A stretch of DNA of 25,972 nucleotides from Elainellaceae cyanobacterium (GCA_051117555.1 JBNPEG010000178.1:1-25972), one strand, 5' to 3'; counted from the stretch's first letter, positions 1 to 9,251 are shown. Program-made: numbers and translations. The notes: generated from the sequence alone by a model not told the origin.

Positions 1-245
1 ACCGTTGCATTTGAGCTTCAATGGGAGCAGGGTAGGGGCGCATTGGTTTTCCGGCTCATCGTCTACTTCTCTAGCTTACAGATGCAGAAGGTGGAATTAC
101 AGCTTATTTAATCCACGATCCTTAGCGCTTTTCTACTCTTTTGGACTGCTACCGCGATCGCAGTCAAAACCTGGCGGAACGTTATGTACTCAGCAGATAG
201 TCGCTAGCAGCTTGAACGGCTCGTAAGCCATTAAAGGTGAATTGA

Positions 246-1796
246 ATGAACATTACCCGCAAAAAATTTCTGGGGCTGACAGGCGGCGCGATCGCCACGT
301 TGCCCCTCGGTTCGATGGCTTTCACAGCCTGTAACAAACGGTTGGCGTTACCAGATAATCGGGGCAGAAAGGATGCGATCGCCATCACCCCCTTTCAAGT
401 CCCGTTGCCAGTTCCCCCAGTACTTCAACCCGTCCGCAACGACAGCACCACGGACTACTACGAAATCACCCAAAAGGCAGGAGAGATAGAAATTCTGCCG
501 GGACTCCGCACCCCAATTTTGGGCTATAACGGCAGTTTTCCCGGTCCTACCATTTCTGTTTCCAGTGGACGTCAAGTGGTAGTCAGACACCAAAATGAGC
601 TGCCAGTGCCCACAGTGGTTCACCTGCACGGGGGCAAAACACCCCCAGAGAGCGACGGCTACGCGACTGATCTGATTTTGCCAATTCACGCTACCGACCC
701 CCAAGGGGCCGTCCATTCAGCCCACCCAACCGTTGGCGGCATCGGTCACGGCTTCAAAGACTACACTTACCCCAACCAGCAGCCCAGCGCCACCCTCTGG
801 TATCACGATCATCGAGATATGTTCACGGGGCCACAGGTATACAAAGGGTTGGCGGGCTTTTACCTGATCCATGACGCCGTTGAGGAGGCATTGCCTCTGC
901 CCAAAGGCGATCAGGACATTCCCCTGATGATCAGCGACCACATTTTTAACGAAGATGGCTCCTTCTTTTATCCCTCCCTTGACCCAGAACTGCATGAACC
1001 GGGGCTGGCTAATGGCTACCATAATGGAGTACAGGGCAACACGATTCTAGTCAACGGTGCGCCCTTTCCCTTTCTCGAAGTGTCGAATACGCGCTATCGC
1101 TTCCGGTTCTTAAATGCTTCCAATCGCCGTATTTACAAGCTTGCCCTCGACCCGGCACCGGCAGAGGTTGCATTCACGCAGATTGGCAGCGATGGGGGGT
1201 TACTGCCTGCTCCAGTTCCGCAGACTAAGCTGGTGATAGCCCCTGCCGAACGCTTTGATGTCGTGATCGACTTCTCCCATTACGCGGTTGGCACTCAAGT
1301 AGGGTTGAGAAACCTGGATGGAGAAGGGGCCACATCACAGGTGATGCGCTTTGATGTAGTGCGATCGCAACCCGACGACAGCACCATCCCCGCTCAACTG
1401 GCCCCCGACTGGGAAACCCCGGACCCAGAACAGGCGGAGGCCACTCGTCGCATTATCCTGAGACGAGCCGGGAAACGGTTTCAAATCAATGGCAAAGAAT
1501 TTGACCCCAACCGCACCGACATTTTTCCCCGACTGGGCTCAACGGAAATTTGGGAAATCTTTGCCGATATCCCCCACCCCTTCCACATGCATCTGGCTCA
1601 CTTTCAGGTGCTCTCTCGCAATAATCAGGCTCCCGCACCCTGGGACATCGGTTGGAAAGACACAGTTCGAGTAGGACCAAGGGAAATGGTGCGGATAATC
1701 CCCCGCTTTACCCCCTACCGAGGAAAGTTCATGTACCACTGTCACATGCTGGAGCACGAAGATCTAGGCATGATGGATAATTTTGAGGTGATTTAA
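246..1796 (+). CDS. Multicopper oxidase (CotA/bilirubin oxidase-like), probably exported
   Basis: All four Cu-binding motifs present: HLHG, WYHDH, HPFHMH, HCHMLEHEDLGMM. Tat-like N-terminus (TRKKFLG) followed by a lipobox-like FTAC. Confidence 0.93.
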   Translation: MNITRKKFLGLTGGAIATLPLGSMAFTACNKRLALPDNRGRKDAIAITPFQVPLPVPPVLQPVRNDSTTDYYEITQKAGEIEILPGLRTPILGYNGSFPGPTISVSSGRQVVVRHQNELPVPTVVHLHGGKTPPESDGYATDLILPIHATDPQGAVHSAHPTVGGIGHGFKDYTYPNQQPSATLWYHDHRDMFTGPQVYKGLAGFYLIHDAVEEALPLPKGDQDIPLMISDHIFNEDGSFFYPSLDPELHEPGLANGYHNGVQGNTILVNGAPFPFLEVSNTRYRFRFLNASNRRIYKLALDPAPAEVAFTQIGSDGGLLPAPVPQTKLVIAPAERFDVVIDFSHYAVGTQVGLRNLDGEGATSQVMRFDVVRSQPDDSTIPAQLAPDWETPDPEQAEATRRIILRRAGKRFQINGKEFDPNRTDIFPRLGSTEIWEIFADIPHPFHMHLAHFQVLSRNNQAPAPWDIGWKDTVRVGPREMVRIIPRFTPYRGKFMYHCHMLEHEDLGMMDNFEVI

Positions 1797-1863
1797 GCCC
1801 GGTTATCTTCATCAGCCTAATTTTCTCAAAGGCTTCAAAGGTTTGAATCAGGTTAAGGAAAAC

Positions 1864-2061
1864 CTATTTCTTCGAACAGTAATCGCTTAGCTCCAAACGA
1901 TAGACAAAGCAATCGTCCTCGCCAAGCTGGCGTCGTTCTACCCGTCGAAAGCCCAACTTTTCATAGAACCGATGGGCGCGGATATTGTTCATCAGCGGAT
2001 CAACCAGAGCTGCCGTCAAGTCTGGGTCAGTAAAGCAGTAAGCCAGGGCAAGCTGCATCAT
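1864..2061 (-). pseudogene. C-terminal fragment of a GNAT acetyltransferase (AAC(6')-like)
   Basis: VDPLMNNIRAHRFYEKLGF is the GNAT C-terminal motif. Only 65 aa; the acetyl-CoA-binding N-terminal half is missing. Confidence 0.75.
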
Positions 2062-2115
2062 TAGCCTGAATAGCTATTTGCCGAAATGAGACGTGCTAGT
2101 TGGCAAAGCAACCTC

Positions 2116-2160
2116 TTGTCACTTAGTGACATTTAGCGTTATTCTGTCACTTAGTGACAG
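2116..2160 (+). promoter_or_regulatory. Two identical palindromic operators overlapping a sigma70-type promoter, likely TetR autoregulation
   Basis: TGTCACT-T-AGTGACA at 2117-2131 and 2145-2159. TTGTCA (2116) and TATTCT (2140) are 18 bp apart, directly upstream of tetR. Confidence 0.85.
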
Positions 2161-2179
2161 ACTTTGAAAGAAGACTGTC

Positions 2180-2851
2180 GTGGAGAGTGACGGTGCCAAC
2201 GGTATGACGAAGAACAGGCGCAAGCCAGGGAGGATGAGTGAGCAGCGGCAGCAGCGGATACGTCTGGAGATTTCGCGGGAGGCGGCTCGGTTGTTCTGGG
2301 AGCAAGGCGTCGCTGCCACGACCGGTGAGCAGATCGCAGAAGCGGTAGGTCTCTCGGTGCGCACCCTCTGGCGGTACTTCCGCAACAAGGAGAGCTGTGT
2401 CGAGCCGGTCTTGGCGCAAGATGGCGAGGAGTTTGTGGCGCTATTGCGCCGCTGGCCTCGGGAAGTCTCCCTTGAAGATCACCTCATGGAGTGGGCGATA
2501 AATCGGACTAAAGATCCCGATCAGCAGTCCTTTGATCAGGCTGTGATCAAGATGACCGTGCTGGCCGAAAAAGAGCCGGATCTACGGACGGCCTGGCTGA
2601 TGACCAACGACCGAATAGAGCGCGCTCTGGTCGAGATCTTCGCAGATCGCCTGCGGCGATCGCCTGACGATATCGAGGTGCGGCTGCACGCCGCCGCAGC
2701 CACCGCAGTCGTGCGCGTTATCAGTGAAGACATCAGTGCGGCCCTAATGGCAGGAGCCGATCCCACCTCGCTCGGCAACACGCTTGGGCAGATGGCCCGC
2801 GCCGTGCACACAGCTACTGGTGGAGTGGTCGGCGATCCTGTCGATCCTTAA
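2180..2851 (+). CDS. TetR/AcrR family transcriptional regulator (start may be ATG 2204)
   Basis: N-terminal HTH AARLFWEQGVAATTGEQIAEAVGLSVRTLWRYFRNKE; GC-rich codon usage. Confidence 0.93.
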   Translation: MESDGANGMTKNRRKPGRMSEQRQQRIRLEISREAARLFWEQGVAATTGEQIAEAVGLSVRTLWRYFRNKESCVEPVLAQDGEEFVALLRRWPREVSLEDHLMEWAINRTKDPDQQSFDQAVIKMTVLAEKEPDLRTAWLMTNDRIERALVEIFADRLRRSPDDIEVRLHAAAATAVVRVISEDISAALMAGADPTSLGNTLGQMARAVHTATGGVVGDPVDP

Positions 2852-2872
2852 ACCAATTAACAACTGAAATCA

Positions 2873-2982
2873 GCAACAAGAGTAAAGGAGTTGATCCTCA
2901 TGTCTCAAGTTCCTTCCAGCCATCCGCAACAAGAGTAAAGGAGTTGATCCTCATGTCTCAAGTTCCTTCCAGCCATCCGCAA
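2873..2982 (+). repeat. Perfect 53-bp tandem duplication containing an RBS and an orphan start (MSQVPSSHPQ)
   Basis: gcaacaagagtaaaggagttgatcctcatgtctcaagttccttccagccatcc at 2873-2925 and 2926-2978, followed by gcaa. Confidence 0.95.
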
Positions 2983-3038
2983 AGGCTGTTCAGAGTATTT
3001 TGATTAGACAATTGTGGAAAACATTTGAGGACATAAAG

Positions 3039-3476
3039 ATGAATAAGGCGAGCTTCTTAGAGCGGGCTGCTGCATGGTTGATTGATCAAGCTATTCTCTC
3101 AATCATCTATTCACTAGCAGCGGTTGCTATTGGAGTGATCATCGGAGCTTACGCTGATAGCGGAATACCTGTGCCAAATCTAATTGTGGCTCCGAGTGTG
3201 ATCGTATTTTCCCTCGCTCCCATATTCGGGCATTTTTTGTACTTTGGTTACCTTTGGAGTCAGCGAGAGCGATCAATTGGCATGGGAATGATGAACATCA
3301 GGGTAGTTAAATCCGATGGACATTCGTTGCCTTTTGTGATGGCTGGTCTACGCGGCTCGTTGGGGTATTTCCTAAGTGGGCTAATCTTTGGGCTAGGCTA
3401 TCTCTGGTTTTTTGTGGATAAAGAACAGGAGACATGGCACGACAAAATTTTTAATACTGTAGTGCTGAAACAATAG
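3039..3476 (+). CDS. RDD family membrane protein
   Basis: ASFLERAAAWLID...SIGMGMMNIRVV...WHDKIFNTVV; GAGG RBS before ATG 3039. Confidence 0.9.
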   Translation: MNKASFLERAAAWLIDQAILSIIYSLAAVAIGVIIGAYADSGIPVPNLIVAPSVIVFSLAPIFGHFLYFGYLWSQRERSIGMGMMNIRVVKSDGHSLPFVMAGLRGSLGYFLSGLIFGLGYLWFFVDKEQETWHDKIFNTVVLKQ

Positions 3477-3521
3477 TTCAGAAAATTTTGAAGGGCGAGA
3501 ATCGACAAGAGGACTAGCTAG

Positions 3522-3603
3522 GAATCTAATAAATCACCGTAAGAATTTGAAATAACTTGAGTGTTAAAACTCATACACTCAAGTTAGCTAAGACAAAGAA
3601 AAT
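3522..3603 (+). promoter_or_regulatory. Second copy of the putative AraC-dependent promoter at 16538-16622
   Basis: gaatctaataaatcaccgtaagaatttgaaa...tacactcaagttagctaagacaaagaaaat aligns with 16540-16622. Includes a 12-bp inverted repeat, 3553-3564 / 3575-3586. Confidence 0.75.
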
Positions 3604-3627
3604 CTGTGCAAAAAGTATATAAACACA

Positions 3628-3746
3628 GCACAACAATTCCGTTGATAGGGGCCGTCGATACTCGGATTGTGGTTCGACTAGGGGCAAGCGCATGTCCAAC
3701 GATGCCGGATTTGGTGACACCAGATTTATCGAAGACATCGTTAAAT
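3628..3746 (+). other. Degenerate attC-like recombination site
   Basis: GCACAAC (R''-like, 3628) ... GTTAAAT (GTTRRRY, 3740). Inner TTGATA/TATCGA are each 7 bp from the AAC/GTT. Homology to 17392 onward starts right at the GTT. Confidence 0.45.
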
Positions 3747-3819
3747 CCTGAAACTATCGACAACTGTGATTAGCAACCCGATCCAAGCACCACAGAATTT
3801 ACTCATAAAGGGAACGGAG

Positions 3820-4818
3820 ATGAAGATGCAAAATACCGAAAGAATGCAGGGAATCATCGCAGAAGCGAGAAAAGTTACCTACGTGGAGGCTGCCCGGTGG
3901 GGTAAGCATCGGGGGTGGCGGTATGTTCTGGGATTAGTCGTCATCTTCTTTGTGGGGCTGGTCGTCAATGGCATCACCGTCCCGCGCATCGCGTTCTTGC
4001 TCGGCGGTCAGGAGGCGCTGGCGGCGTTCAATCGGCTGGATTACGCTGCACTCGGCCTCGTGGGGGGCTTCGTTGCGTTCAGGGCGAGTTTTCCGTTCTT
4101 CCTCGCGGGAATCCTGATCGCCGTCACCTTCGTTCACCAGCGTCATCCCCGGACGCTGGTCACAGCGCGGGAAAAGATTAGCTGGCGGCGGGTCGGTCAT
4201 GGGTTTGTGGCGTGGTTCGTGCCATTCTGGCTGATCGCTGGGCTGGGACAGTACTTCTTCTATCCCGACACTTTCTCGTTTAACTTTGACCTCACAACGT
4301 TCGCGCTCTTCGTGCCGATCGCACTGATTTTCGTTGCGATCCAGACCACCACAGAGGAGCTTTTCTTTCGCGGCTACATTGTGCAGGGCGCGAGTATTGT
4401 TTGGTCTAACCGCGTCTTTCTGGCGCTGGTGCCAGCCGTGATCTTCGCCCTGGCGCACCTGCTCAACCCGGAGGCGAGTGCTGGCGGTTGGCTCACGGTC
4501 TTCATCAACTACTTCCTCGTTCCGGGTCTAGTGTGGACCGTGGTTTCGTTGATTGACGGAACCACTGAACTCGCCATCGGCGTACACTTCGCGAACAACA
4601 TCGGCGGCAATCTCTTGATGGGCGTAGCCGGAAGCGACGTGACCGGAAGCGTCGTGACTCCGCCGACTCTATTCACAGTCAGCGAGTTCCACGCGACCTA
4701 CACGGCTCTATCAATGCTGGTTGTCGTACCCGTGTTTCTGGCGATCGCCTACAAGGTGTTCAAACCCGATGGAGTATCCAAACCCGTTTCCCAAAGCCAT
4801 CGGAGTGGTCGTTGGTAA
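3820..4818 (+). CDS. CPBP/CAAX (Abi) family intramembrane metalloprotease
   Basis: EELFFRGY, FALAH and HFANN motifs; multi-pass hydrophobic; GGAG RBS. Confidence 0.92.
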   Translation: MKMQNTERMQGIIAEARKVTYVEAARWGKHRGWRYVLGLVVIFFVGLVVNGITVPRIAFLLGGQEALAAFNRLDYAALGLVGGFVAFRASFPFFLAGILIAVTFVHQRHPRTLVTAREKISWRRVGHGFVAWFVPFWLIAGLGQYFFYPDTFSFNFDLTTFALFVPIALIFVAIQTTTEELFFRGYIVQGASIVWSNRVFLALVPAVIFALAHLLNPEASAGGWLTVFINYFLVPGLVWTVVSLIDGTTELAIGVHFANNIGGNLLMGVAGSDVTGSVVTPPTLFTVSEFHATYTALSMLVVVPVFLAIAYKVFKPDGVSKPVSQSHRSGRW

Positions 4819-4857
4819 TCTCGTCAGTTCGTAAAACCATCAGCAGAGGATAAAACC

Positions 4858-5598
4858 ATGATTAAGCATAAAAACTCTAAGCTGCGACTGTTTGGGCTGC
4901 TGTGGTTGGCAGGCATGGCTGGGGTGATGACCCTGGGGTTGCTGCCTTTGCCCGTGCTCCCAGAGGGTGCCCCACCTGCCGCCGTGGTCAGACTACTGAT
5001 GCTGGTGCAGCCTACGGTTTTGGTGTCGGTAGCGGTACTGATAGGCGTGCTCTTGACTCCCCAGCTAGGACTAATGGCACCGGGGGCAGAGGCGCTGGCT
5101 GTGGGGCGATCGTGGCGGCAAGCCATGGTTCCTCAACTGTTGCCCGGTGTGGTGGGTGGGTTGATCAGCGGCGGACTACTAACGGCGATCGCCCTGCTGT
5201 CTCGCCCGCTGCTGCCACCCGCCTATGGGGCGGCTGAGCCCACGCCGCTGCTAGCGCGATTTCTCTACGGCGGTATCACCGAAGAAATTCTGATCCGCTG
5301 GGGACTGATGACACTGCTGCTATGGCTAGGCTGGCGATTTGGGCAGCAGCGCCAGGGTAAACCCCAGACCCAATGGGTGGTCGTCGCCATTGCCGTCTCC
5401 TCCCTGTTGTTTGCCGTGGGCCACTTGCCCGCTGCGATCGCCCTGGGACTGCCGTTGACCCCACCACTACTGGGGTTCTTGCTAATCCAAAACTCTTTGT
5501 TTGCAGGGGTTGCGGGGTATTTGTTCTGGCGCTACGGGCTAGAGGCCGCCATGATCGCCCACCTGACGGTTCATGCCGTGCTGGCTCTCATCGGCTGA
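4858..5598 (+). CDS. CPBP/CAAX family intramembrane metalloprotease
   Basis: EEILIRWG, FAVGH and AHLTVH motifs; GAGG RBS. Confidence 0.9.
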   Translation: MIKHKNSKLRLFGLLWLAGMAGVMTLGLLPLPVLPEGAPPAAVVRLLMLVQPTVLVSVAVLIGVLLTPQLGLMAPGAEALAVGRSWRQAMVPQLLPGVVGGLISGGLLTAIALLSRPLLPPAYGAAEPTPLLARFLYGGITEEILIRWGLMTLLLWLGWRFGQQRQGKPQTQWVVVAIAVSSLLFAVGHLPAAIALGLPLTPPLLGFLLIQNSLFAGVAGYLFWRYGLEAAMIAHLTVHAVLALIG

Positions 5599-5774
5599 GG
5601 CATGGGTTGTGTGTACCAATCAGCGGGCGCTGGGTGGTCGCCCCAGGTTCTTTGCCGGATGAGTTGGACGGCAACGAGTCCACCATCAGGTCTCAAATTT
5701 CTTCTAACAACCCACGAAATCGTGACCGACTCACGCACCACTCAAGACCAACAGCTTCCATCAGGAGGAGAAGT

Positions 5775-7517
5775 ATGCGCGTTCCCAAGACCTACGTCAG
5801 ACACTTACTAACGGCCACAGCGGTGATGTTGCTTGTTCTCGCTGGAGCACCTGCTGCATTGACACAGTCAGAAGCAACTGCGACTGCTGCGGTTGCCACC
5901 GCCGACAAAGCGGTCACGCACGCCGAGAACGCCCGCGTTCCCCAAGGTGCGGCCTGGACGCAGCACTACTTTCCGTCCTCAGACGGCTCCGACGTTGAAC
6001 TGCACGCCGACGTTCTGTTGCCCGAAGGACTGGCCGCAGGCGAGCAGGTGCCGGTGATTCTGTCGGTCGGAGCGTACTTCGGGCACTCCGGCCAACAGGC
6101 ACTGGAAAACCACGCGCACACCGGCCCCTCGAACCGCTTCAACGACCTGATCGAAGGCACCGATCTATTCAACCGTGGCTACGCCTTCGTTATGGTCGAC
6201 CTGCGCGGCTTCGGCGGGTCCACCGGATGTCTAGACTTCATGGGTTCCGGTGAGCAGGCCGACGTGCAGGCCGCGATCGCCTGGGCCGCGAGCCAGCCCT
6301 GGTCTACGGGTGCCGTCGGCATGTATGGCATGTCCTATGATGCCGTCACCGGTTTAGTGGGCAACAACCTCGACCAGGACGCGCTCAAAGCCGTCGTCGC
6401 CCAGGAACCGATCTGGGATCTGCACCGCAGCGCCTGGTCGAACGGCGTCCCCCGCTCGACCATCGTGGATGTGTCGCGCACCTATAACGAGATTGCTATC
6501 TTGCCGCAGTTACCCGACGATGACGAGCGCTACCGGACCAATGCCGCCTACGAGCAGATGAATCCGCTGTGCCTGCCGTTGAACTCGCTCGGCTACCAGG
6601 ACGCTGACCCAGACTCGGAGTTCTGGCAGTTCCGTGACCTGGCGTGGCACGCCAAGGGCACCGACACACCGCTATTGTTCACGCAGGGCTTCCTTGAGTG
6701 GAAGGCCGAAGCCGAAGCGGTGGAGGAGTTCCTCGCCAACCACCAGGGACCGCAGCGCGGCTGGCTCGGGCCTTGGGAGCATTACCGGGGCAACGATCGC
6801 ACTGCCGATGGGAAACTGGAAATGGGCCGCGAGGGCTGGTTCGACGAGGTGATGTCTTTCTATGACCAGTACCTCAAGGGCATCGAACCGACCGTGGACT
6901 ACCCAGCCTACGTCGTGCAGGACAGTGCCGGTGCCTGGCGCGCCCAGGACACCTGGCCGGTTGTGGAGTACTCCGCTACCATCGCGCTCGGCGGCGGGTC
7001 GTACCTGGACGACGGCCTGCCCGCCGATGCCACAGCCGAGGCTCCCAAGCGCTTCTTCGTCTGGTCTGAGCCACTTGGTCAGCCGGTTCGGATCACTGGC
7101 ACGCCACGGGTATCGCTTGCGATCGAGGGCCACGGCAACGTCATGGTCGAACTGTACGACGTCGCCCCAGACGGCAGCGCCGTTGCGTTCAACCGGCAGG
7201 TGGCGGTGGTAAAACCCGGCACGACCAGCTTCGATCTGCGATCGACAGACTGGACGCTGCAATCTGGTCACGCGCTGGTCGTCGAGATTGGCACCATTCA
7301 GCCCTCTCTGGCCCCCGACAACGACTGGATTGATACACCGTCGCTTGAAACAATCACCGTCAGCAACGGCCGACTCGATCTTGCCCTGGACGACCCAGCT
7401 AATGACACCGTCATCCCTGGCGATCGCGCGCCGTGGCTGGACATCTACCGGCAGGCGTACACGGAGCAGTTGTCCACCGATACCCCAAACTTCACGCTGC
7501 CGACGAATGGCAGGTAA
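5775..7517 (+). CDS. Secreted CocE/NonD (peptidase S15-like) hydrolase
   Basis: AGGAGGAG RBS then ATG 5775; signal peptide; VDLRGFGGSTG, GMSYDA nucleophile motif, GPWEH; visibly GC-rich. Confidence 0.9.
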   Translation: MRVPKTYVRHLLTATAVMLLVLAGAPAALTQSEATATAAVATADKAVTHAENARVPQGAAWTQHYFPSSDGSDVELHADVLLPEGLAAGEQVPVILSVGAYFGHSGQQALENHAHTGPSNRFNDLIEGTDLFNRGYAFVMVDLRGFGGSTGCLDFMGSGEQADVQAAIAWAASQPWSTGAVGMYGMSYDAVTGLVGNNLDQDALKAVVAQEPIWDLHRSAWSNGVPRSTIVDVSRTYNEIAILPQLPDDDERYRTNAAYEQMNPLCLPLNSLGYQDADPDSEFWQFRDLAWHAKGTDTPLLFTQGFLEWKAEAEAVEEFLANHQGPQRGWLGPWEHYRGNDRTADGKLEMGREGWFDEVMSFYDQYLKGIEPTVDYPAYVVQDSAGAWRAQDTWPVVEYSATIALGGGSYLDDGLPADATAEAPKRFFVWSEPLGQPVRITGTPRVSLAIEGHGNVMVELYDVAPDGSAVAFNRQVAVVKPGTTSFDLRSTDWTLQSGHALVVEIGTIQPSLAPDNDWIDTPSLETITVSNGRLDLALDDPANDTVIPGDRAPWLDIYRQAYTEQLSTDTPNFTLPTNGR

Positions 7518-7606
7518 CTCAAACCCTGCGTTCGATGACGTATACAAAGTGAGTTGATTGTTGATCGTGGAATCACAGTGAATCGTTCCACCAACAAACC
7601 CGACCA

Positions 7607-7654
7607 CGATCGCTGCGTCCTCTAGCCCCCCAGCGCCAAAACCAAGGATTTAGA
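7607..7654 (+). repeat. About 50-bp segment also found upstream of ridA (14494-14546)
   Basis: cgatcgctgcgtcctctag..ccagcgccaaaaccaaggatttaga vs cgatcgctgcatcctctag..ccagcgccaaacctcaggatttaga. Confidence 0.85.
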
Positions 7655-7748
7655 CGCTCTTATTTGCATCAACAACAACGCTGCTCTACGCGGCGGTTCT
7701 CACGCTTAAGCATCACTACATCCATCACCAAACAATGGAGCTAAAAAC

Positions 7749-8429
7749 ATGTCACGCAAAGCGATTACAACCAAGCGCCTAATTCACCCGAATCATGAAG
7801 CAAGACACATCCGCTTGCTTCGCAAACCCTTTCAGATCATCCGCGCCAATTTTCGCGCCTACCTCATCATCAACGCCATTGTCTATGGCTTAGTCATCAT
7901 CGGGATGGTAGCGGCGATGGTTTTTCCCAACCTGGGCGCAACTCAGTTGGCCACCCTGGAAGACAACGGAACAGCGGATCTTGTTCGATCGCTAATCAAC
8001 AACCCTTGGCTGTTCTCGCTGACCATCCTGGGAGTCAACGTCATGACCGGCGCGCTGTGGATCGTGCTCCCTTCGCTGATTGTCCCCTTCACTGGCATCG
8101 CCCTATTTGCGTATAAGGCATTCACTTTAGGTTTAGCCATGGCCCCGTCTACCGAGATTATGGCGGTGGCACTGATCCCGCACTCGCTGACGATACTCAT
8201 CGAACTCCAAGCTTACGCCCTCTTGATGTTTGGCGCATACATCCTTGGTCGGTCTTGGGTTCACCCCGCCACCATCGGTGCTCGGAACCATCGTCAGGGT
8301 TACGTTCGTGGGCTGAAACAGCTCGGTTGGCTAAGCCTGGCCACGCTCCCACTGTTCATCATCGGCGCGATCTGGGAGGCGTTCTCGCTCCGCTACCTGG
8401 TTCCTCCGCTAACCCAATGGTTGTTATAG
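7749..8429 (+). CDS. Stage II sporulation protein M (SpoIIM/DUF95)-like membrane protein
   Basis: Multi-TM protein with PHSLTILIEL and GAIWEA motifs; GGAG RBS. Confidence 0.7.
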   Translation: MSRKAITTKRLIHPNHEARHIRLLRKPFQIIRANFRAYLIINAIVYGLVIIGMVAAMVFPNLGATQLATLEDNGTADLVRSLINNPWLFSLTILGVNVMTGALWIVLPSLIVPFTGIALFAYKAFTLGLAMAPSTEIMAVALIPHSLTILIELQAYALLMFGAYILGRSWVHPATIGARNHRQGYVRGLKQLGWLSLATLPLFIIGAIWEAFSLRYLVPPLTQWLL

Positions 8430-8507
8430 CGCTAAAGAGACCAAATCATGATGATTTCTTGATCGATTGTCAACTCTAAAATTTTCAATTTTAAGGTGGT
8501 GAGTCAA

Positions 8508-8795
8508 ATGATTCAATACAAAGATTTCGCGCCTCGAATTACTGAACGGGGACCCTTCGGCGGACCTTCCGAGTATGAATCTTTCTCGGAGGTTGTGAGT
8601 GCTGTAAATCAGTGGATCGAAAGCACAACGATACAGGTGATCAATGTTGAAACTGTTGTTTTACCCGATCGCATCGAAGGCACCCATGATGATATCTACG
8701 GAGTGACGACCAGTAATGCTTTCTACCCAGTGATGATCAGTCAGGGGCTTCCAATCAAATACTTTCAATGTGTGCGTGTTTGGTACCGAGAATAA
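8508..8795 (+). CDS. Small hypothetical protein
   Basis: Co-oriented ORF with RBS-like sequence; NQWIE..IQVINVETVVLP..VRVWY reads like a real small protein. Confidence 0.75.
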   Translation: MIQYKDFAPRITERGPFGGPSEYESFSEVVSAVNQWIESTTIQVINVETVVLPDRIEGTHDDIYGVTTSNAFYPVMISQGLPIKYFQCVRVWYRE

Positions 8796-8815
8796 GCTTC
8801 ACCGGAGAAGAAATC

Positions 8816-9187
8816 ATGAAACGATCTACCTTGTTTACTTTCCTGTATCTGGCGCTGGGAGTCTGTCTAACGGCGATCGCGCTGGGATACCCAAACCTGC
8901 CTTCAGGTCTTCAAGCCAGCTTGTTCATCAGTGCAGGGTCGTCCTACATCGCTTGTATTTTCAATCCATTTTGGCGAGAGAGGACAATCCACTTCTATCG
9001 CCGCCGCAATTCATCGGTCATCCTATCCTCGTTGGTGATTGGATTCACGATTATTTGGATGATCTGGCAGGTTCAGAGTCAGAACTGGACAGCGGAAGCC
9101 ATTTTACAGACGCTTCCGTGGCTAATAGGTGTTTTACTGTTTGCTGAAAACATTGTGATTATAAGGCAAGTGAATTCTGAACATTAG
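8816..9187 (+). CDS. Hypothetical 4-TM membrane protein
   Basis: GGAG RBS, ATG 8816, four hydrophobic segments. Confidence 0.75.
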   Translation: MKRSTLFTFLYLALGVCLTAIALGYPNLPSGLQASLFISAGSSYIACIFNPFWRERTIHFYRRRNSSVILSSLVIGFTIIWMIWQVQSQNWTAEAILQTLPWLIGVLLFAENIVIIRQVNSEH

Positions 9188-9251
9188 GGTCTAAATCAGA
9201 ACACCGAATAGTACAGATATAGAGTTGAGGTGCAACTCTGGGGTGAGCATT

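Noticed and set aside
1..245. ORF 5-226, a frame ending at 111, and GTTATGT at 181 as an attC right end
   Set aside because: No recognisable protein and no matching left arm visible; window edge limits context.
5373..5774. 134-codon N-terminal extension of the CocE ORF
   Set aside because: Overlaps the upstream CPBP gene in another frame; a strong RBS and signal peptide place the start at 5775.
6672..7607. 311-aa minus-strand ORF and other antisense or nested ORFs in the track
   Set aside because: Shadow frames of GC-rich genes with no recognisable motifs.
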